64,000 bases of DNA from Phoronis australis (taxonomy: Eukaryota > Animalia > Phoronida). Below the pieces are notes generated by a model. It had not been told where the DNA came from and ran no database searches. It was given only the letters and a program-made list of their open reading frames with translations. Numbering within the stretch: the stretch's first letter is position 1; every line of letters starts with the position of its first letter. Below are positions 12,996 to 25,300 of the stretch, piece by piece. The stretch lies in NCBI GenBank assembly GCA_002633005.1, contig NMRA01000255.1:415196-479195 (forward strand). Direction: 5' to 3'. The translations under genes and the position numbers were made by a program.

Positions 12996-13862
12996 CACAC
13001 GGGTCTCAGGTCTCAGGTTCTTTACCGGAGTGTCGTGGCCCACTTGTGCTCCGCCCTTACTATGTGGTGCGGATGCGGAAAATACTGTGTAGGTGGCGAC
13101 TGAGGGCAGGTGACGGGCGAATTAAGTGGCCACCAAGAGAACAGATAGGTGGCACCCATTCACAGTGACCAGGGAGGTGGTCAAATCTACGACATGGGTG
13201 ACATCATTACATGCTGCCTGCGATGAAATCAATCACTATCCCAATTGTAAGAACACTAAGCTGTCACTTTTATCTGATACCAAAAGTTAATATGGGCATC
13301 AAGGCAGAAATTCAGTTATCCCTGTTTGCTTTGAATATTTCTAACCAAAGCATTTTTCTCATTTGCTTTCACAATATTACCGAAATTGAGATGCTTTTGG
13401 TACAAAACATGAGTAACGGAAGAAAGGTTATCTTTCGAATATTCTAACTACACCATACCCTGGATGGCTAAACTTTCAAAAATTTGCACAAATTTAACGA
13501 TCTTTTGCGACAAATTGGGAATTAAAAACTAAAGTTATGCACTTACGCGAGATCTGCTGTCTCCACGTTGTTGCTGCACCTTGAGCACTGACCGCAACTT
13601 ACGATGTGTAGGCGCAACGTTCAAATGCCAAAAGGTGGTTGGCTGCGCCCACGTGCGCCTACGCCGCCACTACAGCACTGGTGACTGGTGACAAGACTGA
13701 GCGCGAAAATGTAGGTAAACGTTGTGACGTAGTAAGCAAATTTTGTCGACCTACTACGTATGCATTCGCATTCGACGTGTAGCCGAAGCTCTCTAATAAG
13801 TTACTCTGATACGTTGATTCATGTCTGGCCAGTTTTATTCATGAGCGTCTAACACATGTTTC

Positions 13863-14184
13863 TATGGTGGGCCGTCGAGGGGAAAGTGTCGCCGTAAAAT
13901 TACGCTCGTAATTACGGTTTGATCCGCCATGATTCAGCGCTCGTTTCGTAGACATGAAATCCGTCAGTAAATAAGTATTTCCATGAGCGCGCGCGATCGT
14001 GGATTGTAAAACCCAACGTCATTGGCTAAGAGTTTAAACTACATTACGAGCGTAATTTTACGCCGTAAGGAATTGAATTACGCTCGTAATTTTACGGCGT
14101 AATTAACAGCGTAAATAATGGCGTAATGTACACAATTACGCTCGTATTTTCCCGGCGACACTTTCCTCCCAACGGCCCATCATA
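13863..14184. mobile_element. 322-bp MITE specific to unit A
   Basis: ~32-bp imperfect TIRs tatggtgggccgtc..gtcgccg / cggcgac..cggcccatcata. TGTTTC is duplicated on both sides, the empty site is at ~35245, and AATTACGCTCGTA repeats occur internally. Confidence 0.88.
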
Positions 14185-15359
14185 TGTTTCTGGATCTGCG
14201 TTTGTGATCACATGCTTGCTCGTTCCCATCATCTGAAAATGTAACAAAAATCCGCGGTCTGTAAATTGCCAACAAATGTCTTACCCAAAACAAACACGGC
14301 CATGAGCTATGGACGTGGATTAAATACACTGAGATTTACAATGTGTAAATATTTACTTGACAGGCTAGTAACAAATGATTGTCTTTTCAACGAATGGTTT
14401 ATTTTGTTAACAATAGAAATATCCAATCACCATTCTTAAAATACTGGACTTCTTGTAGCAATCGTTGCATGCATTTCTTTCGAAATAAACCTTAATTTGC
14501 CTAAGTTGAAGGAATGAGTGAGACATGGGGAGTGAGTGTAAAAAACCGAAAGGTTGTGTTGTACAACCCAAAATAGCAGAGAGATAATTGTGGCAATAAA
14601 TCTTCGCTTATGGGCAGAAACCGTGAACTTCCTCCTATAATTCAACATTGCAGCCTCACCGTAAACTAACTTCAAGGAAAGGAGTTTTGCTATTTAATCT
14701 ACGCACGCTAGTAAGTTACTCGCCAAACACTCGCATTTTGAATGGCATGATTTTTTGTAGTCTTGCGCGATCTGGCATTTCTCACAGGATTGCTGCAGTA
14801 ACGCATCACCCTTGTCATTCGGGCGGAATGAAAAATTGTGAGGTCATAAGCCTCGCATGTAATATACAACGATATCACGCGAGAGTTGACATGACCATAC
14901 CTAAAGAAACTTTCATTTAGTTATAATCCTTATTAGTGAACGGAGCTCTCCTCTACTGTTCTGTCACATAAATCAACATTCCTGGAATGTTACTTGGGCC
15001 GCGTTTTCGACATATGCGCTCAACTCGACGGAGCTCTTGAAATCTTAATTTTATTCTAAAGACTTCAAAGGATGAATACCGTTTGCTCAACATCTTATCC
15101 ATAGTGGATTTCCCAAACCCCAAGTATGATGTCGATGATACAAAATGCACCGTGGGCGACAACGACATTACGTAAGATCGTGAGGCTACTAACACATATA
15201 GGCAAGATCAACAAATTATGATTCTACACAAGTTAACCACCTAACCATACAAAAACTCAAAGTGATATAACATTTTACATCAAATTTGGTTCAATTCTGA
15301 TTTTTACAAACACTGTAGACAATAAAAACATGCCGAACGTTTCAAGTATTTTCGTAGCC

Positions 15360-15774
15360 TCAAATTTTAACTGGCGCATATTCCTCTGTTAGCTGAATTT
15401 CCCTTTGAGACTTCTTCAACACACGTCTAACTTCAATTTGAACACATATTAAGCGATAAGTCAACAATAGAATCACAAGCCCGTTTTTTGCAGTGAAGAA
15501 CAAATTCGTGTAACTCATTATTTTGAAGTGGATGATTAGGGTTAGACGGAGAGCCAAAAGCGGCGCGTCCTGCATAATGATAGATATTAAAATTCCGTAC
15601 ACATCAGCTGTGCAACAGTCTGTTGTGTCGGTCTCTTGATTGTACTACCGCTGCACTACAACCAGGCGATTGGTCGCTACGTGATTTTGTAGCAGTTATG
15701 ACCATGTGAAACTGAAGAAGGCTCCACGACCAAATGGCCAAGACCATGTAGGTTAGAAGCTCGTTTCGTTGGAC
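15360..15774 (-). pseudogene. TMEM26: TMEM26 pseudogene remnant (last exon only)
   Basis: Near copy of 36806-37209 with a net 4-nt insertion at ~15661 (frameshift) and a ~380-bp deletion removing the C-terminus. Exons 1-3 are missing from unit A. Confidence 0.9.
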
Positions 15775-18700
15775 CTAAAATAAGAATTTAAATGACAAGA
15801 AATGAGTGTATATATAATGCAATATTATTAAATTGTCTTTTATACTTTGCTATTTGGGGATCGAATTTTCCGAACTTAGCCTGCCACAAAGTTCACTGAA
15901 GCACCATCAATTCTTAAAATATTAGCTTCTAACTGTCAAATACTTCGATTCCATCCCAAAATGGAAAGGCGCTGTCCAACTAGTTGGCCAAATTTCATGG
16001 AAAACCCTCGAACAACAGATAATGTACAGAGGTAAACGCCAAAACGAAAATTGTTATTTTGGGGCACATCGGTAGTCAAGGTCGTTCAAATTTTGTGGCC
16101 AGACATTGGCTTATTTATACGGTAGCATTTCCAAAAGATCCTGCAAACGATTAAATGCGATACAGCCGTGGACGCAAATAACAAAAAATCAACACCAGCC
16201 ACGATTTTTTTCATCAGGAAACATTTGCCAATTTCCACAATAATCCTTTGAGCGGTTTGGCGGATAGAAAGGCGGATCCAAAAACGGACTCCGTAATTGT
16301 AAAAATGTCCACTAACTGGTACAGAATACGTCAAATCCGTCTGAAAATAGAAAGGTGTTGTCGTTCCCTTGATAGAAACGTGTTTACCAAATTTCATGGA
16401 AATCCATCAAGAATCTCCGAAGATATAGGGACAACAGTTAAAAAATATAATTTATGGCACAGAGGAAGTCGGATCGATCCAGTGTTTGCCATCATCTATC
16501 GTCAGCTGCCTAGAGACAAACCTCATTACAATTCAGGAAGTGATTTAAGAGGTACAGCAGCGAACGCCTGACGCCCGGCGCCCGGATGCTAAGACACAGA
16601 TGACAACAATGTGCATCCATAAATGTGTGGGTGCATACAAATGGAAAAGAGAAGAAGTTATGTCCAAGATACTGTGACCGTCCTTCATTGACATAAAAGG
16701 TCCTAGAATTTCAAATAAAACAGGAAACTACACAGACAACCGATTCCATCTTTGGGCTCTCTCTCCGTGTTCAATAAAACACGAAACAGTGTGGCCATGT
16801 GGGAGCTATCAATGGATGTCCTCCAAGATCTGGGCCCTAAACATGAAAGGGTTTATAATATCACAAAACAGGAAATGAGCTGCCATTGATGCTATTTGTC
16901 AAGTTATCAATTTTTATAAAGTGACGTACAATTTCGAGAAAAAAACAAAAGGGTAGAGCGACAGATGGCTCCATTATCCCATGCGGGAGAGGGTTCTCTG
17001 GAGAAATATATTTTTGCACGACCAAAATTGTCTTCTTGAATTTGAAAATCCATTGATTTCGTGTGCTCAAAAATTTTCTACTATTTGAAACCCATGTGTG
17101 AAGGATTAGAATTAAGTACACGTTTTCAAGTACGTTTAAAAGATCCATGCTACAAAATGGAGCCCCCTAACAACAATGTCCTGATCAGGGCCCTCAAAGG
17201 GCAAATCAAGCACTGCTACTTTCTCAGCAGCTCCTGGACCTACGGCTATGTCAGTTGCTACAGTTTTGTTAACCCTGACGCCTGGAAGTTATTGGGAAGG
17301 ACGTACCCCCCCCCCCCCTCCTACCCCCACTTCATACAGCCTTGGGATTTGAGTACACTGAGAGGCTGATCTAGAATACACACTTGTTGCCAATCTTGTC
17401 ACTTTAACAATAATGTTGCGCTCATTTGATATTTATAATGCTTGAGAATATCACTGAAATGCTAAAGGAGCGGAAAATCCTAGAAATTGATTGATGGCAA
17501 AGGAATTAAAGAATGAACTTCATGACTTGGAGCTGCTGTAGTTTTCTACTCCATTTAAGTAACGTTGAGTTGTTTCATGAATGGACTGACAACCACTTTG
17601 TTCATGAGCGTTAATTGGTACCTTCAATACCTGCTAGAAAACGAAGCTTTGATGAGAATGCCTGTCCATTTCATGACCGAAATACTTTGCCAAGACGTAT
17701 TTTGAAGTAAAAGGTTTGAAGCTAGAATTTGCCTAGTATAATGATCCAGAAGGTAACTGCGATTTCAATTATAGTTCGTGTAAACCAGTTATGAAACGTG
17801 AATGTTAACTTCGACAAAAATATCTATTATTACATCGGTCTTCCCTATGCTGCGCAGTGGGTCAATCCACACACGTCTGCGTTTTCTATAAAGCACCGTA
17901 GCCTGGTACAACTGTAGGTTGTATGAAGCAGTCCCAAATAGGAACTGAAGCAAACTCACTGTTTCGTATTTTTCTGTTCTTTAGGCACACGTGTAGCATT
18001 TTTCCTATCATTTAACCTTGATTATGAGCTTTTCTTTGACTCCCATATAACTAAAAACTGAGCCCTTAATTCAGTCAAAACAATTAGAAACATAGTCCTT
18101 GAATTAGGGTCGTTGCATGAAAAGATCCCTACTTGTTTTCACTAATATTGAGAATTCGACTTATAGTTCACTCTCGGTTTTTATTAAACGGCATCAGACA
18201 TGACAATCGGTGTTTTCACAGGCCTACAAATTCCCAGTAGATTTAGCGAATTTAGCTGAGTCCCCATTTCGGACTGTTTCATACAACCGAGCACCGGACG
18301 CTTATAAAACCACGTACGTAACCGCTTTCGGGGACTAATTTTGTTTTCATGTTTTGGAGAACACAAACCATTGGTCTCTTAGAGAAAAAGAAAATTTCAC
18401 ATTAAACTTGCACATTTCCATGAAAATGTACTTTTAAATTAGCGAACAATTATGCCAGTTAATGTGATAATACATTTACAGTTTCATCGACGTAAAACAC
18501 TTGACTTTCCAAAAATCATTAAACTTTCTCCAGATGGTGATAAATTTCCCTATTTTAATTCTTTTATACCTTCTTTAATGAAAACGTTTTAACAACTTGG
18601 ATTACATCAATCCAACATTTGTAATAAGCTGTTACCGTACAGTGTGAGCATTCTTAATTTAAACAAAAATCAAATAAATCCTAAAATATCAAGAGAAAAT

Positions 18701-21700
18701 CCCGTTTTTGATTCATTGCCGCCATAAGTAAGCATTATGAAGTAACTAAGTCCCTTTAGGTGTGTACCTTTGTCTTTTTCATCGTCAGGTTCTTTTGACC
18801 TGTCAGATTAAGTATGGCAACCTCGCTTTTACAAAAAGGGATACATTGTCAACGCAAAATATGTTTAACACCAAATGAGGTCACATTGAACTCTTTAGAG
18901 GAAACAATTATTTTGTTTTTCTCTCATTCATTCCTCACAGTGTATATCTTTAATTGTCTCATTAGATACCCAAACAGGGTTAAATAGGTCAAGCCGGAAT
19001 TGCAAACTTCAAGGTGGAATAAATCAAGTTAGCAGGGATATTTTCAGCATAGTGACCTGAGTTCGCTTAGTGGTGTACCTAGGATAATTTCCCCCTCTGG
19101 GACAGAATATAACTTAGTTGCCCCCGCCCCCCCCCACCAAAACAACCCATTTCGGTCCCACCAAATGCAGGGCCAACTTGGCTGCCGCCCCGAGGAGCCC
19201 AAGCTATGCGAACGTTGCTGCTGCTCCCCACATTACTCCAGCTAAGCCACTAGGAATAGTGGTTAATTACTGACTTATTCAAAACTAGGCCGTGGTTACC
19301 AAACATGACCCTGGAAAATTGGACACAAAGGAGTCGTATTTTTGACTTGGTAACCCTACTGGAATAGTTCTAAATTTCATTGAAAAATATTTATGTTCAG
19401 TCTTCATTCACTCAATGCCACTTGGTAGATTACAATTTAACGTTCTCTATCAAAATGCAAAACTAGAACCGAGCATCCACTTGTCAGTTGATTTGTTTCA
19501 CGTCAGTCAACGAAGGTCTACTACAAAAATGGAAACAGAAATTTAAATGTACGCAATGAGTCTGTAGACTATCAAATAGTTATGGAATCATTGGCTTTGT
19601 AACGTCACATTCATAGTAGTAGTGAAACAGAAGAAAATCGATATCAGTAAAGTCAGCCAGAGAACGTTTTAGGGATATTCCAGAGTCGTGAGGGGGCACA
19701 TCCGTTACCATCTTAAAGCAACAGCTGATATTTTGCCTATGAAGGCCTAAAGCTCTCTAAAGGTTGTGTCGTGTTCCAGTGCGCGTTTAGAGGAAAGCTC
19801 GCTGCGCAAATACTCCCGAGCGTATGAACACGTGTTTTTAGTGTTTTACAAAGCTTTAAAACAGGCAAGTAGCATGTTTGCACTTTCCGCCATCGAAGAT
19901 TCTTTTATGGATATGTGCTAAACCCCATTTGTAGTTAACTTATACGTCTCAGTAGAGGGCAAAATCCCCGTCTAGATTTGATCATAATCGTCCTCTTTTA
20001 CAGCGTATCTCCAAAGATTTAATCTACGGTATCTCTCTTCTGATTATCTTGTGTGAAATTAGTGCGACAAACCAGCATTTTCAAAATATTAATAATGAAC
20101 AAACTCGTACAAATATTGAAACTTGACGCTGCTGTGAGAGATAAGGGAACATCCCCCATTTTCCAACTGATAATCATTTTTAATTAAACGGCAAGCTGAA
20201 GTTTGCCGGTGTTGTGTAAGCTTTACGCAATCCCGTAAGTCTATCTAGCCAAATGGCCGTTACAAACGCAGCTTGTGCAAAGGTCCCGGTTTACACTTGT
20301 GCGTTGCACTCTGTCGCTTCAGATGCACATTGGTATATCTATTTTGATAGAAGTCATTGCATTATAGGCATATCCCGAGCTACAAACAAAATCTATATGA
20401 CCAATGGCAGTCATGGACAACCGAAGCAAAATTAAATTCCAACACATTGCCAATTCATATATTATTAATTACCCGTACTTGCATTGCGCAGTTATGGGCT
20501 AGAAAGTGACTATCACCCTGATCTTTTCAAGATATACTGTTGTTGTACAATTTACCGAGATGGGATTACTGACCGTAGGTTTAATTAGCTGGCGTCACAA
20601 AATTCACTTGTTCTACGTGTCTTATTACAAAAATTATCAAAAATAGTCTGATGTCGTTACTGCGATAACTGCATCGGGAAAATGGTACCTTAAAATAGCA
20701 TAGATATCGAGGTAGAGAGGCCAGCATCCGATGTCCCTTCTAGAACAATTGTTTTGGCTTCATGCAAGCTACGGCATGTAGCGATGTTTAAGTTAACGAA
20801 AGATGTCGGGAACAAATTAACGTACTTGTATACTTTTATCCCTATGGAAAAGTGGAGCTTTGGCTGACTTCATTGCAAAACAAACATCTAAAATCAAATA
20901 TTGGTGCCATTTTCATTAAGGACATGAGTCGACAGTTGTCTATTCAAAATATTTTAGTTTTAATAAGCTCTGTATAATGATGTTAATTGTGTGTAAATAT
21001 CAATTTGAACCCGAGAACGATGATATAGCGGTTATCAGAAAATGAGGAATGAGTTTCATAGCTGATGAACAACGTGTATGTGAGCAAGATTAACGTTTGC
21101 AAATGTGACTAATATGGACAGAACTATGAGTGCATCGGAACTAGATTGTAACACTGATCACTGAGTAGCACTAATTCCAAACAAGACCTCCTAGGCTCTT
21201 AAAAGAAGGTAACACGTATTGGGGGTGAGGGGAACACAAACCAAATCGTCTTCACCTAATTTGCTCCACCCCCCCTCTTCATATTGCCAACACCTCCGCC
21301 GGGGAATTGGTAGCAGCCATCAGCACTTGAGAGACGATGTTTGAATAAAATTTTACGGAGAGTTAGAATTAGGCCTAAGGGTCAGCACAAGCGGATAGCG
21401 GGAAGCTGGGCTGTAGTGGTTCTTAATGAACAAAACCTGTGATACCAACTGAACATATGAGACCGGATAACTTAGGCTAGCCGCTGGTCAGCTCAGCTAT
21501 AGATTCGCTTGAGACAGCTAGGTAGCTCAGCTCGTTCCTATCCGTCTGCGCTGGCCGAGAAGTCAAAACTCATTTTTATTACGGTCCAGTTTGGGGGAAG
21601 TTCAATGTATTGGGGTCATGGTTTGGGGGAGGTTGAATGTTTTAGGATCACGCTTTCAGTGTATACACTGTATTTTGAAAGAGCGAGGAACCGGAGTCCT

Positions 21701-22295
21701 TTGTGCACTGCCTTTGGCTGTTTCACACAGGGTGTCCCAAAATGCTCTAACACTTCAGTACAACGCCGGGAGTTCAAATTCAGTTCCCGTAAATCAGATT
21801 CTGGGCTAGGCCTTGTTTTGAAAGAGGGCGCGTGAGCCAGCACGTGCTCTGCATGCACAAGAATGGCAAACAAAGGACTCAGTTTTGAAGAACTATTTTA
21901 TTGCGCAATACTGTTGAAAACTAAACAACATCAAGAAAGTGCAAAGACAATTAATCTTCAAAGTCTATGAGCACAAAGTTTTAATTTGATTTAAAGACTT
22001 TATTGCTGTTTGATCTGCTATTTTCATCTAACCTTGTTCCTAGGTCAATAAAATACATTGTCACTTGGATTGAAAGTAGGTTACATTTTACAATACCCGA
22101 TAAGCGCACGACACAAGTCAACAAACACCGAACGGCGATTTCGGGGTTTTCATTTTGAGCGATAAAACTCTTTAGCCAACTAAACTGTTTCAAGGTAGTA
22201 TTCCTCCGGGATGCGAGATCTTCTATACATAAAAGGGCCGCACAGCCGTCAAACTGAGTCCTTCGCGACACGAGTTTTGCCGCACTGATTCAATC

Positions 22296-22353
22296 ATGTT
22301 CTTGCTGAAGTATTTCCTTGGACTGTTTTCATTCCTATTTGTTTTTTACTGTG
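22296..22353 (+). CDS. Lectin B exon 1, signal peptide
   Basis: MFLLKYFLGLFSFLFVFYC, donor GTAAGT. Confidence 0.8.
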
Positions 22354-25300
22354 GTAAGTTTGTGAGACGCATACTGTTGGAGCTTCTCTCTACGGTGTTT
22401 GGAGTCATGCGACTGTTATTCGTAACTGAACGTACTGTTTCAGGGTAAATGTAACTTACATGGGTCTCGGTTTTTAAGCTTGATGTCTGTTATTCAGAAG
22501 AGAAAAGTAGTAGATCTCTATAAGTGAGTATTATACATGTTTCAGAATAACCATGTAGAAGATGGTATCTATGAACATAATTCAAAGATTATTACTATCA
22601 TCTACATCGTAAAAAGTAAGCAAGCAGATTGATCGGGCTCTTGTAGAGTTGAACTAGACAAAAACAGAGGAAGTAGAAGTTTGAATATCTGTGTTAAGAC
22701 TTCTAATTCCGAGCAATGAAACGTGAGATTTTGGGGAACTGCGGGTATAATTATAAGCGACACGATGTTTAAGAGTCAGACTGATGAATGTTGGGACTGC
22801 GTTTCGTGCTGAAAACATGTGTATCGCCGGAACAGCTAAACGGGGGTCCGTTTATTACCCAGGAAAAATGCATCGTAACAGACCAAAGGTTTGTAATATT
22901 TATTCACGAAATTTAGTTCTTTCTTATATCAACTTAGGCTTCTCATGTTATTGTTCGGTATCTGAGATTAATGTACAACTAATGTTTCATCAGGATATAA
23001 TTACTCCTTGTACAGGTGTAACGTACTTGTCTTTTCTATTTTTTTGCGAAAAACAAAGGTTGAAATTTAATAATTAGATTTTTTGATATACAGCAAAATT
23101 ATTTCAGAAATCGACTGTTCAAAACATTCGCTAAATGGACCATCGGTTTTTGGGTAAGGCTATTTGGGACTTACGACAGTGGTACTCATTCTGTACAGCA
23201 TATGAGACCAAAGCCTTGTTATTTTCTGTCAAAATTTGCTCGCTACAATCAAGACTCTATTGGCTTTCTTTTATCCTTTTCAGGCGTTCATGCGACGAAC
23301 AAAGAGACCGCTGACTCGCCATTGACTAAAACCGACGTCTCCAAATCCAAAAGCCAGGCCAGTGGTAAGAATTACATGTAAAATCACGACACAGGGCAAT
23401 TCAAGAACGGTCTTTTAGTTTCGACCAGAATTCGACCAGAATTGATTTGGACAACTAGTATTGCACTAAAAGCTGCTGTAAATCACGATCTTCCATCAAA
23501 AACTAATTTTTGATCTCCGCTACTTAACGCTATAAAACTGGTCTCATTTATTTGGTCTTTGCTCAGATGTTCTCCTCGGGTTTTCAAAGAAATGACAGCC
23601 TGAGATTATGCTCAGCGCAATAACTGACCAGTCGTAACTAACCAACTATTAACCCTGTTAACCCTGGACTCGAGTAATAACGAACTAACAGTTCTCCCCA
23701 CGCCCTAATTCAATGTGTGTAGAGAATAAGTTGAAACCAATTCCTTCCTCTAGGAGGAATCAGCCATTTTTTTAAGGAAATCAGGTTTAAGGGAACTTTT
23801 ATACTTCCGCTAACAAGTAGTTCCACTATCGCAAAATGGTTCTTGTAGTTCAAATGTGGTCTGTTGTTAATCGTTGGTTAACTCGTCCAGAACGATACCT
23901 AGAAACATCAGTAGCATGATTAACAGACTTTGGAAAGATTTTTCAAATTAGTTACATTTTGGGATTGGTGAGGATTAATGTGGCCGGTTGCATGAAACAG
24001 TCCAAAAAGGCCTAAACTAAGTTCCCTACATCTTTTACATATTTGTTTTAGTTCTTTGCTTACAGGTGCAATACTTTTTCTATCAGTTTATCTTTATTAT
24101 GGGCTCCTCTTTGACATATGACATTTCTTATAATAAAACTAAAAACTGAGCCCTTACAGTGGCGGATCTAGGATGTCATAAGGGGGCCTAACACTTGGTC
24201 TCGTAAGCAATCGCGCAGAGCACGACTGTAGAGGCGCATAGAGCAGAATAAGGGGAGGTCGGGAGGGGGTTGCCCCACTGCAGCTCAGGATAAAAATTTG
24301 TATTTGCCTCTAAAAACAAGCATTATCCTTAATTTCTGAAGTGTTATCAAAGAAAAAACACAGAGAACATGTGTAAAACTGTATGCATGTATACATGAAC
24401 TACGTACTCGAACTCACGATCTGTCTGCCAGAGTGCGCTTGGTCTACCACTCCGCCACCAGCCTTCCACTTACGGCGATGTGACGAACTAGTTTATGATC
24501 CACAGCGTTTGCGCGCGAACATGCTTCTTCCCGCACTGTTCATTGCAAGCTTTACATTTTGTGCAACGAGTTCGTAGCAAAAGTTGTTGTGTTTAAAACA
24601 GTCTTCAGTTGTCCAAAAGACTAAATCCGTTTTTCGTGTTGGCATTACACACGCGATTGCTTTGCAAATCGTCTTAATTTAAATGTTTGAGTGATTCACT
24701 CAGGCTTCGAGTAAAGTCAACATCTTATCAGAAACTTCTGTTTCTTCATCGTCACTCAGCTTCCGTTTTCTTTGATTATGTGATTTTTTTCATTGCACAT
24801 TGGAGCAGACGACGGAAACGGAGTGGTAGTGTAACTCCCTCTATGACTTTGCAATTTATGCCTCTTTTCCATAAGAGGAATTCCGGTCTAGCAGAACTCC
24901 ATCGCAACTCAACTTTCCCATTGAGTCCTCCCCGATGGTGACATCTCAGTTCCGTTGGTTCTCTGGAATAGAGACCAGATGGCGTGGTTGAACAATGCTT
25001 TTGAATCACAGAACTCTAACCCCGCAATGCCATCTCGCACGTGTATGTAAGCGTACATGTACATGTATTCATTAGAGCTTGCGACCCCGAGACTTGCCGC
25101 GAGAGTTTGAACTGTGTCTGCTAGAGTGAGTTTTATTCGAGTGTCGTAGTTATGCGATCAAGCCTAATTTCATAGATTTAGCTTTATTTTTTCATTTTTG
25201 ATCATTGAGCAAGACTCATGAGGGACGGTTCAATACAATTAACGATTTCTCGGCAAAATTAGTCAGCACATCCGACAATTACACTGGTCATTCTTGAGAA

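Larger units (their letters stand above)
2281..22098. repeat. Segmental tandem duplication, unit A (deleted form)
   Basis: Colinear with 22106-52259 throughout. Both units start cacgacacaagtcaacaaacaccgaacggcg and end tgaaagtaggttacatttta-aataccc. Confidence 0.93.
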
